From Patescibacteria group bacterium (GTDB lineage: Bacteria; Patescibacteriota; Microgenomatia; 0-14-0-10-38-17): 64,000 nt of DNA. Made by a program: the position numbers and the translations under genes. Location: the NCBI GenBank assembly GCA_050953885.1, contig JBMNNJ010000001.1:527437-591436 (forward strand). The letters run 5' to 3'. Below, one piece after another: positions 28,085-36,917 of the stretch; within the stretch, counting starts at the first letter, position 1, and each line of letters opens with the position of its first letter. The notes under the pieces are model-generated. The model had not been told where the DNA came from. It was given only the letters and a program-made list of their open reading frames with translations, and ran no database searches.

Positions 28085-29860
28085 GTGATGGCTGAAAACC
28101 AAAAAAATTGGGCCATTAAGGTAGGGAAAATTGTTGGTCCGCAAGACGAGACCCATTGGTCGCAAACCCATATTTTTGTGCCGCCGGAAAAAGAAAAGCG
28201 GGAGAAAAAGGGCTCTCTTTTGGCGGTTTTTTCTCTTACTGGCGAAAATTCTTTTCCTCCTGATTTGGGTAAAGAACTGATTTTTCGGCTTCAGGAAGAA
28301 TATTACGGTCGGGCTCAGGGCTGGCCGATGCAAAACCTAATGGCGGCGGTGGAGAAAGTGGCCGTTGAAGTAGAAGAAAGCCAGTTGGGAGTGGAACTGG
28401 AAATTACCGCGGCGGTTTTTTGGCAGGGAATTTGGTACTTTGTTACCAACGGCGCGGGGCGGGTTTACGTGAAGCGTGGCCCCACTCTCTCGGCGGTTTT
28501 GTCGGGTGAGGGGAAAATTTCCTCTTCATCAGGCAAGGCTGAAAAAGGCGACCTGATTCTTTTGGGTAATGATCTTTTTTTTCAAAATTTGCCAGCCGAA
28601 AGAGTGCGGCAGGCTTTGGAAAGTGCCAGTCCGGCGTTGGCGGCAGAAACATTAAGCCCCTTTTTGGTAAAAGAAGGGAGGCTGGGCGCAGCCGCTTTGG
28701 CGGTAAAATTGGAAGAAGAAGAGGCTAACGAAGAGGCAAGGACGGAGGAAGGAAAGAAGCGAGATTTTACGGGAATGAAAACAAAATTAGCAAGATATGG
28801 CAAGCCATTAGCTTTAGGACTTTTTGTTTTGCTTCTTATTGGGGCGGCTTTCTGGGGTATAGGAAAGAAAAAAGAAAGCAATTTATCAGAAAATCAAGAA
28901 ACCTTAAGACAAGTAGAAGAAAAAATTATTCAGGCGGAAGCCTTGACGGATCTTAATCCTCTTCAAGCAAAAACCATTTTGGAAGAGCAAAAGGCGGTTT
29001 TGGAAAAAGTTAGCGGCAACGAAGAGCTGGAAGCAAAAAAGAAGGATCTTGCGAACCGGCTGGAGCAACTTTTGGTTCAAGTCAGCAAGCCGAAAGAAGA
29101 AGCTCCTTTACCAGAAGAGGAGTGGCCGGTTTTTCTTGAAACAGAGGAAATAAGCGATGTGGCCAATTTAGGCAAAACCATTTACGTTCTTTCATTAGGG
29201 GCGGGAAAGATTTTGCAAATTGATTGGGAGGAAAAAACCAGCACCGTTTTTTTGGGTGATGAGAAAATCGGCAGGATGCGCTTTATTGTTCCCCAGCTTA
29301 ACAAAATGTTGCTTTTGGCCGATGACGGGGTTTATCAGGCCGACAAGAGTAAATTAAGCCCGATTATTGAAAAAGAGGAAAGTTGGGGGAAAATTGTGGG
29401 CATGAGTTCCTGGCTTGGTAATCTTTATCTTTTGGATAGCGCCAAAGACCAAATTTGGCAATATCCGGCGACGGCGAGCGGCTTTGGAGCGATTCAGGAG
29501 TGGATAAAAGAGAAGAAGCAGGATTTTTCCGATCAGGCAAAAATGACCATTGACGGCGCGGTTTGGATTGTTGACCAGGGCAAGGTTTTCCGTTATTGGA
29601 AAGGTTATGAGGAAAAAGTTTTTTCGCCCGAAGGATTGGGGAAGGAGGTCCTCCCCTACACCACCGCTGACTTTGACTCTCTTTATCTTTGGGATAAGGA
29701 AAAAGGGAAATTGGTTTTTTTAAACAAAGAAGACGGGAAAGTTACCGGTGAAAAGAATATTGGCCGGATTGAAGGAGGCAGCAGTTTTATTATTTCTCCT
29801 GACCAAACAATCGCCTTGATCGGCGCGGGGGAAAAGCTGGTAGAAATAGGGCTGAAGTAA
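28085..29860 (+). CDS. hypothetical protein with a central TM helix and coiled coil
   Basis: Long ORF; no recognised family. Confidence 0.45.
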   Translation: MMAENQKNWAIKVGKIVGPQDETHWSQTHIFVPPEKEKREKKGSLLAVFSLTGENSFPPDLGKELIFRLQEEYYGRAQGWPMQNLMAAVEKVAVEVEESQLGVELEITAAVFWQGIWYFVTNGAGRVYVKRGPTLSAVLSGEGKISSSSGKAEKGDLILLGNDLFFQNLPAERVRQALESASPALAAETLSPFLVKEGRLGAAALAVKLEEEEANEEARTEEGKKRDFTGMKTKLARYGKPLALGLFVLLLIGAAFWGIGKKKESNLSENQETLRQVEEKIIQAEALTDLNPLQAKTILEEQKAVLEKVSGNEELEAKKKDLANRLEQLLVQVSKPKEEAPLPEEEWPVFLETEEISDVANLGKTIYVLSLGAGKILQIDWEEKTSTVFLGDEKIGRMRFIVPQLNKMLLLADDGVYQADKSKLSPIIEKEESWGKIVGMSSWLGNLYLLDSAKDQIWQYPATASGFGAIQEWIKEKKQDFSDQAKMTIDGAVWIVDQGKVFRYWKGYEEKVFSPEGLGKEVLPYTTADFDSLYLWDKEKGKLVFLNKEDGKVTGEKNIGRIEGGSSFIISPDQTIALIGAGEKLVEIGLK

Positions 29861-30174
29861 AGAGACTAAGAGACTAAGATACTAAGATACACGATAAAAC
29901 AAATTCAAAATTCAAGATTCAAAAACAATAAATAAACTCAAATGTTAAATCGCAAAACGCAAAACTACAACTCAAATCTTAAAACTTGAAAGACAAAAAC
30001 AGAATTACAATTTAGAAATACAAATATTAATCCCTAAAGTTTTTTAGTTTTGAGTTTTAACATGTAGTTTTGCCATTTGCGTTTTGAGTTTTGAGATTAT
30101 CTTTCGTTTTCTCTTCGTGTCAATTTGTGTCTTCTAATAATTTAGCAATTTAACAGTTTGACAATTTAATTTTT
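29861..30174. repeat. mosaic intergenic repeat containing 170-bp core element copy 3 (~29931-30105)
   Basis: 'gatactaagat' module then the core with complementary arms. Confidence 0.8.
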
Positions 30175-30541
30175 TGGTGGAGATGGGGAGGAATGACCTC
30201 CCGTCCGAAAAAAACCCTTCTGAATTTCTCCAAGCTCAGTTAGCCTTTTAAATTTTCTTTTGGGATTTTAGCCGCTAACCGCTTTTTCCCAAAATAGCCT
30301 TTAATTCTCTGCTTTTTTCCTTAAGGCAAAGGGAAAAAGCGCCTCTTGCCTTGCGTTTTCACCTTCCCTGCCCCGACAAGAGGGGGAAAAGAAGATGTCT
30401 TTTCCTTACGCGAAAGCGTAATTCAAAGAGTAGTCGACATCATTGTCGGCATTCTTTTTTTGGTGAATTTTAACGGGGTGATCACCTTCCCCGGCTTGCC
30501 CTTCAGAACAGGCCTTTTCCGTCGATTCAAAGAGCATCCCC
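30175..30541 (-). ncRNA. ssrA: tmRNA (SsrA)
   Basis: Minus-strand 5' 'GGGGATGCTCTTTGAATCGACGG' is close to the E. coli tmRNA 5' end. 3' 'GGACGGGAGGTCATTCCTCCCCATCTCCACCA' has an encoded CCA and a G3:U acceptor pair. Tag ORF 'GCC GAC AAT GAT GTC GAC TAC TCT TTG AAT TAC GCT TTC GCG TAA' gives ADNDVDYSLNYAFA*. Confidence 0.8.
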
Positions 30542-30712
30542 AAAAATCGCCCTATGGGCGAGGAATTTCGAATTACAAATCACAAATTCCAAACAAATTC
30601 TAAATTCTAATTTTCAAATTTAAAAAAATGGATTACATTTCATTCGCTCATTCGTGTTTATTCGTTTCCCATTCGCGTCTTTTAACAATGAAACAATATG
30701 GCAATGTAATTT

Positions 30713-31114
30713 CTATTTTAGAATAGTTGCTTTTCCTTTTCCGACCCTCTTCTTTTTTCTCCCCAACCCCACTTTCAGTTTAATTAAGTTGTTCTTATTA
30801 TACCACTCTAAGGCTAGAGGGGTCAATTTTTGTTGTTTGTTTTTATTATGAAGAGCTAAAATTTCCTTTTTTTTTAGAAGCAGCTTTCGGTGGCGGCGGG
30901 GATCAGGCGGGTTAAGGCCGGCCGCTGGTTGATAAGGGGCAATATAGGCATTTTCCAAAAAAGCCTCGCCCTTTCTGATAGTAATAAGGCTTTGATCAAG
31001 ATTCCCCTGTCCGGCGCGTAAGCTTTTTACCTCCGGTCCGGTCAGTGCCACGCCGGCCTCAAGTTCATCTAAAATTAAATAATCGCGATAGGCTTTATGG
31101 TTTTTGATGAGCAT
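30713..31114 (-). CDS. smpB: SsrA-binding protein SmpB
   Basis: 'KNHKAYRDYLILDELEAGVALTGPEVKSLRAG...DPRRHRKLLLKKKEI'. Confidence 0.85.
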   Translation of the reverse strand: MLIKNHKAYRDYLILDELEAGVALTGPEVKSLRAGQGNLDQSLITIRKGEAFLENAYIAPYQPAAGLNPPDPRRHRKLLLKKKEILALHNKNKQQKLTPLALEWYNKNNLIKLKVGLGRKKKRVGKGKATILK

Positions 31115-31299
31115 GATAAAAAACTCAAAACTTAAATCTAAAAAAAAACAACTTTAAGCTTTAAAAAGTTTTAACATTTGCCATGTAGATTTGAGATTTG
31201 CGATTTAAGTTTGCCATTAAACTGTCAACCATTTGTTATTTTTTTATTTCTTCGTGTTGTTTATCTTTGTCTCGTGCTTATATTATACTTTATCTACCG
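31115..31299. repeat. mosaic intergenic repeat fragment
   Basis: 'gccatgtagatttgagatttgcgatttaagtttgcc' module. Confidence 0.55.
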
Positions 31300-31998
31300 A
31301 TGCCTTTTTCTTTACTTGATATTTTCTATCCCCGTCATTGTTTGTTTTGCGGCCGGAAGGGCAGTTTTTTCTGTCCCGATTGCTTTTCAAAAAAGCCCTT
31401 GATCCCTTTCCAAATCTGTCCTATTTGCCAGCGGCCTAGTTTTTCCGGCCAAACTCACCCTTCCTGCCAAACAAAATTTAATTTAAACGGCCTGATCAGT
31501 CTTTTCTCCTACCCCCCTTTTTCCTCGGCAATTAAAAAAATAAAGTATCGGCCTTATTATTTTGCCGCCATAGAAGAACTGATGGTAAGGGTGGGCCCCA
31601 TTTTAAAAAACGAGGCAAGTTTTGGGCGATGGCGGCGATTTATCAAGGAGTGGCCGGCGGTGGTGGTTCCCTTGCCCTTGGCGGCGGGTCGGGAAAAAGA
31701 GCGGGGTTTTAATCAGGCCGAACTAATGGGCCGATTTTTGGCCTCTTTTTTCAAGCTTCCCTTTGATAATCATCTTCTTTGGCGGGTAAAAGAAACCTGG
31801 CCGCAATCTTTATTAAGCAAGAAGGAAAGAAAAGAAAACGTTAAAAACGCTTTTGCGGTTTTGCCGGGGAAACGTTGCCCCCAGGCGGTACTTTTGGTGG
31901 ATGATGTTTGGACCAGCGGTGCCAGTCTTAAGAATGCCGCCTCTGCCTTGAAACATCACGGCGCTTCCTTGGTTTGGGGCCTCACTCTTTGCCGGTAA
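31300..31998 (+). CDS. comFC: ComF family protein (ComFC-like phosphoribosyltransferase; DNA uptake)
   Basis: N-terminal double zinc finger 'CLFCG...CPDC...CPICQ...HPSCQ'; C-terminal PRTase 'VLLVDDVWTSGASL'. Start moved to the internal ATG at 31300. Confidence 0.7.
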   Translation: MPFSLLDIFYPRHCLFCGRKGSFFCPDCFSKKPLIPFQICPICQRPSFSGQTHPSCQTKFNLNGLISLFSYPPFSSAIKKIKYRPYYFAAIEELMVRVGPILKNEASFGRWRRFIKEWPAVVVPLPLAAGREKERGFNQAELMGRFLASFFKLPFDNHLLWRVKETWPQSLLSKKERKENVKNAFAVLPGKRCPQAVLLVDDVWTSGASLKNAASALKHHGASLVWGLTLCR

Positions 31999-31999
31999 G

Positions 32000-32073
32000 T
32001 GCGCCTGGCCGGATTTGAACCGGCACTTTTTGGCTCCGGAGGCCAACGCTTTATCCAGTTAAGCTACAGGCGC
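32000..32073 (-). tRNA. tRNA-Arg (anticodon CCG)
   Basis: Cloverleaf: acceptor GCGCCUG/CAGGCGC, anticodon loop CUCCGGA, T-arm GCCGG-UUCAAAU-CCGGC. Confidence 0.8.
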
Positions 32074-32078
32074 GAAAG

Positions 32079-32166
32079 CGGAGGGAGGGAGATTCGAACT
32101 CCCGTGGGCCGTAGGGCCCGCAAGGTTTTCGAGACCTGCCAGATAAGCCACTCCTGCATCCCTCCA
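32079..32166 (-). tRNA. type-II tRNA with long variable arm, probably Ser (anticodon CGA)
   Basis: Acceptor GGAGGGA/UCCCUCC, T-arm GGGAG-UUCGAAU-CUCCC, variable arm GGGCC-CUAC-GGCCC, loop CUCGAAA; anticodon-stem folding partly ambiguous. Confidence 0.55.
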
Positions 32167-32263
32167 AAGCAAGATACTAAGGGACTAAGATACTAAGAAA
32201 TAAGAATAAAATTTTTCTTCTCCCCGGGTTTCTTTGTATCGGGTATCTTTGTATTTTACCTAG

Positions 32264-32337
32264 TGCGCCTGGGGCGATTTGAACGCCCAACCGCCAGCTC
32301 CGCAAGCTGATGCTCTATCCAGTTAAGCTACAGGCGC
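32264..32337 (-). tRNA. tRNA-Arg (anticodon reads GCG)
   Basis: Acceptor GCGCCUG/CAGGCGC, anticodon arm UCAGC-UUGCGGA-GCUGG, T-arm GGGCG-UUCAAAU-CGCCC. Confidence 0.7.
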
Positions 32338-32754
32338 AAAAGAAAAGTTAAAAGTTAATCCGCCAGCTGGCGGATTAAAAATCAAAAATCTAGCGCAAAG
32401 CGCAAAGATTAAAACGCAAAACCAAGCTCAAAGACCAAAACCATAAACTGAATCTCAAAACGCAGATGGCAAGCTTAAATCTCAAAACTACATGTTAAAA
32501 CTCAAAACTAAAAAACTTTAGGGCTTAATATTTGTATTTCTAAATTGTAATTCTGTTTTTGTCTTTCAAGTTTTGAGTTTTGCGTTGTAGTTTTGCGTTT
32601 TGCGATTTGAGATTTGAGTTTATTTATTATTTTTGAACTTTGATTTAGGTTTTGATCTTTGATATTTGCACTTTGCGTTTTTTTATTACGAATTTTGCGT
32701 ATCTTTCTTATTATATCAAACCTCACTTGCAAAACGCCAAAAGTTTGTTATACA
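32338..32754. repeat. mosaic intergenic repeat containing an inverted copy (copy 4, ~32471-32630) of the 170-bp core element and 'taatccgccagctggcggatta'
   Basis: Reverse complement of the core 'taatatttgtatttctaaattgtaattctgtttttgtctttc'. Confidence 0.8.
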
Positions 32755-33321
32755 ATGACTTTAATGGCCGAAGAAGAAAAACCCGCCCCAAAACTTGAAA
32801 AGAGCGATATTCGTTTTAAGGAAATTTTTTCCTGGGAAGCGCCGGAAAGGCCCTTCAAAAGAAGAAGTAAGGAATTTTGGACCACCCTTCTTTCACTGGT
32901 GCTTTTAATTTCTTTAATTCTTTTTTTCGCCAAAGAATATTTCTTAATTGCCACCATTTTTGCCCTCGTTTTTCTTTTTTATATTCTTTCTACCCGCCCG
33001 CCTCAAAAGATTACTTACAAAATTACCAATCAAGGGATTTTTTGGGGGCAGACAAAATATGAATGGCCGGTTTTGCACTCTTTTTGGGTTGAGAGCGACG
33101 ACGGGCAGGCAGTTTTAAAAGTGAGCACTTATCTTTCTTTCCCGCGGCAGTTGATTTTACCTTTAGGCGATCAGGATGAAAAAGCCTTGCGAGAAGTTTT
33201 GGAGAATTTTTTACCCTACGAACAGCCGGAGCCTACTTTTATTGAGAAGGCCACCAATTGGCTTGCTAAAACTTTTCCTTTGGAAGGAAAGCCTCAGGAA
33301 CCGCCGCAAGGGGGAAAATAA
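32755..33321 (+). CDS. hypothetical membrane protein
   Basis: Start placed at the ATG after the repeat (the ORF-track start at 32659 lies inside the repeat); two TM helices. Confidence 0.4.
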   Translation: MTLMAEEEKPAPKLEKSDIRFKEIFSWEAPERPFKRRSKEFWTTLLSLVLLISLILFFAKEYFLIATIFALVFLFYILSTRPPQKITYKITNQGIFWGQTKYEWPVLHSFWVESDDGQAVLKVSTYLSFPRQLILPLGDQDEKALREVLENFLPYEQPEPTFIEKATNWLAKTFPLEGKPQEPPQGGK

Positions 33322-33354
33322 CCTCTTTATTAACCGCTTCTTGATATAATTATA

Positions 33355-35136
33355 GTGATGAGTCAGATTGACGAGGTTTTGGCCAAAACGGATATCGTGG
33401 AATTAATCGGCAGTTATTTGCCTTTAAAAAAAGCCGGCCGTAATTTTAAAGCCCTCTGCCCTTTTCATGCCGAAAAAACTCCTTCTTTTATTGTTTCCCC
33501 CGAACGGCAAATTTTTAAATGTTTTGGCTGTCAAATTGGCGGAAACGCGCTTAAATTCTTAATGGAGTATGAAAAAATGGATTTTGGCGAGGCGCTGCGG
33601 TTTTTGGCTCAAAGAGCAGGGATTACCCTAAGAGATTATCGGCCCGGACCTCAAGAGGCCAAGCGGGAGCGCCTCTTGCAACTTAATCATCTGGCGGCCG
33701 AACTTTATCATTTTTTGCTTACTGAGCATCGGGCGGGCGAGCCGGGCCGGAAATATTTAGCCCAAAGAGGGATTAAGAAAGAAACAATTGAGGAATTTAA
33801 CCTTGGTTATGCCCCACTCCGCCGTAATTTACTGGAGGAATTTTTGGTGGGCAAAAAGGGATTTAGCCGGGAAGAGCTGGAGCTTTCCGGTTTAGTTTTT
33901 AAGAACAACAAAGGCCAATTGGGAGATCGGTTTTTCCAGCGCCTTATTTTCCCCTTAACTGACCAGCGGGGTAATGTTTTGGGTTTTTCCGGGCGGTTAA
34001 TTTCCCCCCGTGAGGGTACGGGTAAATATATTAACACCCCCGAAACGCCGCTTTACCATAAAAGCCAAATGCTTTTTGGTTTGGCGCAGGCAAAGGAGGC
34101 AATTCGGCAGGAGAAGAAAGTTTTGGTGGTGGAAGGAGAGTTTGATATGATTTCCCCCTATCAGGCGGGGATTAAAAATGTGGTGGCCATTAAAGGCAGT
34201 GCCTTAACCGAAGAGCAAGTGAAGCTTTTACATCGTTTTAGCGAGGAGATTCTTTTGGCTTTAGATGAGGATAGCGCCGGCGACGCGGCGACGCGGCGGG
34301 GAATTCAGGTGGCCTTAAATGAAGGCCTGAATGTTTTGGTGGTTTCGCTTTTAGGCAAATATAAGGATCCGGATGAGGCGGTGCGGGCGGATTTGGATTT
34401 TTTTAAACAGAGAATGGCGGCGGCAGTGCCGGTTTTTGATTTTTTTATTGCCTCGGCCCTGAAGCGTTTTGACATTAACTCGGCTTGGGGGAAAAAGCAG
34501 GTGGTTGAGGATTTGGCGCCCATCCTTTCCGGCGTTGAAGATGAGGTTTTACTCTCTTCCTATGTTAAGCAAATGGCCTCGGCTCTAAAAATTGGCGAGG
34601 AGGCAATTTTTGCCAAAATCGCCAAGACAAACGAAATGTCTTCGGGAAATAATTTTAGAAAGAGGGAGGATTTAGCCTTAACAGAGAAAAAAGAAAACCG
34701 ACAGGAGGTTTTGGCCCACTATTTTTTGGCTCTTTGTTTTCAAACCCATCGCGAGGAGGCGCTTTTAACGCCCGGCCTTGAGGAATGGCTTGATAATCCC
34801 GGCTATCGGCGCTTAATTAAAGCCTTGAACCAGTTTATGGGAAAAGAAAAAAAATTTTCTTCTTCTGGTTTTTCCCAGAAGTTAGCGCCGGAGCTAAAAG
34901 AAATTTTTGACGAGTTTTATTTAACTCCCCTGCCGGAGAAATTAACCGATCCGTCAGAGCAGGAAAAAGAAATTAATCGGGTTTTGGATGAATTAAAAAA
35001 ACTTTATTTAAGAAAACGTTTGGAAAAATTAACCCAAGAATTAGAGATAAAAGAGAAGGCAGGCGAGGAAAAAACCCTGACCGTGCTTGAGGAAAAAATT
35101 AGCCAAACCCTAAAAGAGCTGAAAATGGAGAGCTGA
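33355..35136 (+). CDS. dnaG: DNA primase
   Basis: CHC2 zinc finger 'CPFHAEKTPSF...CFGCQIGGN'; TOPRIM 'VLVVEGEFDMIS...LALDEDSAGDAATRRG'. Confidence 0.85.
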   Translation: MMSQIDEVLAKTDIVELIGSYLPLKKAGRNFKALCPFHAEKTPSFIVSPERQIFKCFGCQIGGNALKFLMEYEKMDFGEALRFLAQRAGITLRDYRPGPQEAKRERLLQLNHLAAELYHFLLTEHRAGEPGRKYLAQRGIKKETIEEFNLGYAPLRRNLLEEFLVGKKGFSREELELSGLVFKNNKGQLGDRFFQRLIFPLTDQRGNVLGFSGRLISPREGTGKYINTPETPLYHKSQMLFGLAQAKEAIRQEKKVLVVEGEFDMISPYQAGIKNVVAIKGSALTEEQVKLLHRFSEEILLALDEDSAGDAATRRGIQVALNEGLNVLVVSLLGKYKDPDEAVRADLDFFKQRMAAAVPVFDFFIASALKRFDINSAWGKKQVVEDLAPILSGVEDEVLLSSYVKQMASALKIGEEAIFAKIAKTNEMSSGNNFRKREDLALTEKKENRQEVLAHYFLALCFQTHREEALLTPGLEEWLDNPGYRRLIKALNQFMGKEKKFSSSGFSQKLAPELKEIFDEFYLTPLPEKLTDPSEQEKEINRVLDELKKLYLRKRLEKLTQELEIKEKAGEEKTLTVLEEKISQTLKELKMES

Positions 35137-35299
35137 AGAGGTATAATAAGTAAAGTTAAAATTCAAAAGTCAAAAGTCAAAATTGCAAGTCAAAAGTCAA
35201 AAGTTTTTTACTTTACTTTTTAATTTTAACTTGTACTTTTGACTTTTAAATTTTGAATTTTGAATTTTAATTTCATTCGTGTATTTTAAAACATAAAAC
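35137..35299. repeat. mosaic intergenic hairpin repeat
   Basis: 'aaattcaaaagtcaaaagtcaaaattgcaagtcaaaagtcaaaagtttttt ... ttgacttttaaattttgaattttgaatttt'. Confidence 0.75.
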
Positions 35300-36424
35300 A
35301 TGGCTAAAAAATTAAGCAAGAATAAAACCAGCACCCTTTCCCCGACTAAAGACATCCTCTCGCCTGCGGCAAGGGATTTATTGGCGCGAGGTAAAGATGA
35401 AGGGTTTTTAACCCAAGACGATGTGTTGGCGGTTTTTCCTGATGCGGAAAACCGTCTGGAGGAATTAGACGAGTTTTATAACCAAGCCCTTAGGGAAGGG
35501 GTGGATATTTTTGAGGCGATTGATCTTGAAGAGGCCGGGGAAGAAGATTTTGAAAAGCTAAGCCGTCAAATTGAGGAGCTGACTCTTCAGCAAAATGAGC
35601 CGCTGGATCCGGTGCGCAATTATTTGCGGGAAATTGGTCGGGTACCCCTTCTTAAGACTGATGAAGAGTATGAGTTAGCCAAAAAAGTGGCTGAGGGATC
35701 GCGGGAAGCAAAGCAGAAGTTAATTGAGGCAAATTTACGGCTGGTGGTTTCTATTGCCAAGCGCTATATTGGCCGGGGCCTGCCGTTTTTGGATTTGATT
35801 CAGGAGGGCAATAAAGGGCTGATCAGGGCGACCGAAAAATATGACTATCGGCGGGGTTTTAAATTTTCTACCTATGCCACCTGGTGGATTCGGCAGGCGA
35901 TTACCCGGGCCATTGCCGATCAGGCGCGGACGATTCGCATTCCGGTGCATATGGTGGAAACAATTAATAAGGTTTATCGTGCCACCCGTCAGCTGACACA
36001 AAAATTAGGTTATGAGCCAAGCGCGGCAGAAATTGCCCAAGAGCTTGACATCCCCGTCTCTAAGGTAAAGACGGTTTTTAAAATTTCCCAAGGCACGGCT
36101 TCTCTTCAAGCGCCGGTAGGCGAGGATGGTGATTCGGTTTTGGGCGATTTTATTGAGGATTCGGTGCAACTTTCGCCCTATGAGGAGGCTTCGCGAGAGC
36201 TTTTAAAAGAAAACATCGACGAAGTGCTTTCCTCGCTTACCGATCGGGAGGCCAAAGTTTTGCGGATGAGATTTTCTCTTGACGGCGATCAACCCCACAC
36301 CTTGGAAGAAGTGGGCCGTCATTTTGGCGTTACCCGGGAGCGGATTCGCCAAATTGAAGCCAAAGCCCTGCGCAAGCTAAAGCACCCCTCCCGCCGCCAT
36401 AAACTTCAGGATTATTTGGATTAA
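35300..36424 (+). CDS. rpoD: RNA polymerase sigma-70 factor
   Basis: Region 2 '[50 protein letters not shown]'; region 4 HTH '[20 protein letters not shown]'. Confidence 0.9.
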   Translation: MAKKLSKNKTSTLSPTKDILSPAARDLLARGKDEGFLTQDDVLAVFPDAENRLEELDEFYNQALREGVDIFEAIDLEEAGEEDFEKLSRQIEELTLQQNEPLDPVRNYLREIGRVPLLKTDEEYELAKKVAEGSREAKQKLIEANLRLVVSIAKRYIGRGLPFLDLIQEGNKGLIRATEKYDYRRGFKFSTYATWWIRQAITRAIADQARTIRIPVHMVETINKVYRATRQLTQKLGYEPSAAEIAQELDIPVSKVKTVFKISQGTASLQAPVGEDGDSVLGDFIEDSVQLSPYEEASRELLKENIDEVLSSLTDREAKVLRMRFSLDGDQPHTLEEVGRHFGVTRERIRQIEAKALRKLKHPSRRHKLQDYLD

Positions 36425-36593
36425 AAACTGCCTTACCAAAAGACGCGAATTAACGAGTAATGGGCGCGCCCTGAAGCGCGCTAATCCATTCTATTCTGAC
36501 CGCATTATTTAACTTGTACAGAGAAAAAATTTAGGCTGGATGAAGTGGTATTTTAAACGAGAAGTTGTTATAATGCGAGTTAATAATTTGATA

Positions 36594-36646
36594 TTCCTCG
36601 GTAGCTTGGTTGGTAGACCTGCCTGCCGGCAGGCAGGGCGTCCGCC
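36594..36646 (+). pseudogene. partial duplicate of tRNA-Asn 5' half (positions ~1-31) carrying a 20-nt perfect palindrome insertion (36618-36637, 'cctgcctgccggcaggcagg')
   Basis: 'ttcctcggtagcttggttggtagac[cctgcctgccggcaggcagg]gcgtccgcc' versus genuine tRNA 'tcctcggtagctcagttggtagagcgtccgcc' at 36918. Confidence 0.6.
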
Positions 36647-36668
36647 GTTGTTTTTGTATGATTTAAGT

Positions 36669-36914
36669 ATGTATTATGTTTATGTGATAAAAAGTGAAAA
36701 AGACAATAGTCTTTATAAGGGGATTACTAACTGCCTATCAAGGAGGTTGAAAGAACATAATTTGGGGAAAAATCAATCAACAAAAAGTAAAATTCCTTAT
36801 GTTTTGGTTTATCATGAGACGGTTGATAACAGGATGAAAGCGAGAGAAAGAGAAAAGTGGTTTAAAAGTGGTGAGGGCAGAGAGTTTTTGAGAAAAATTA
36901 TTTTAGAAAAGTGA
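36669..36914 (+). CDS. small GIY-YIG nuclease (COG2827/UPF0213-like, tRNA-adjacent type)
   Basis: 'YYVYVIKSEKDNSLYKGITNCLSRRLKEHNLGK...IPYVLVYHETVDNRMKAREREKWFK'. Start at internal ATG 36669; the ORF-track N-terminus would read through the tRNA fragment. Confidence 0.7.
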   Translation: MYYVYVIKSEKDNSLYKGITNCLSRRLKEHNLGKNQSTKSKIPYVLVYHETVDNRMKAREREKWFKSGEGREFLRKIILEK

Positions 36915-36917
36915 TAT

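Noticed and set aside
30346-30851. Predicted ORFs 30346-30603(+) and 30654-30851(+)
   Set aside because: They lie inside the minus-strand tmRNA and smpB, which are far better supported.
32508-32732. 74-aa ORF on the minus strand
   Set aside because: It lies entirely inside the inverted copy of the 170-bp core repeat. Low-complexity K/Q-rich translation, typical of the A-rich repeat arms.
2104-35299. Possibility that the palindromic intergenic elements are integron attC sites or a CRISPR array
   Set aside because: Flanked genes are on both strands and include dnaA, dnaN, dnaG and rpoD. There is no regular repeat-spacer periodicity, no conserved attC R/L boxes, and no integrase or cas genes in the window.
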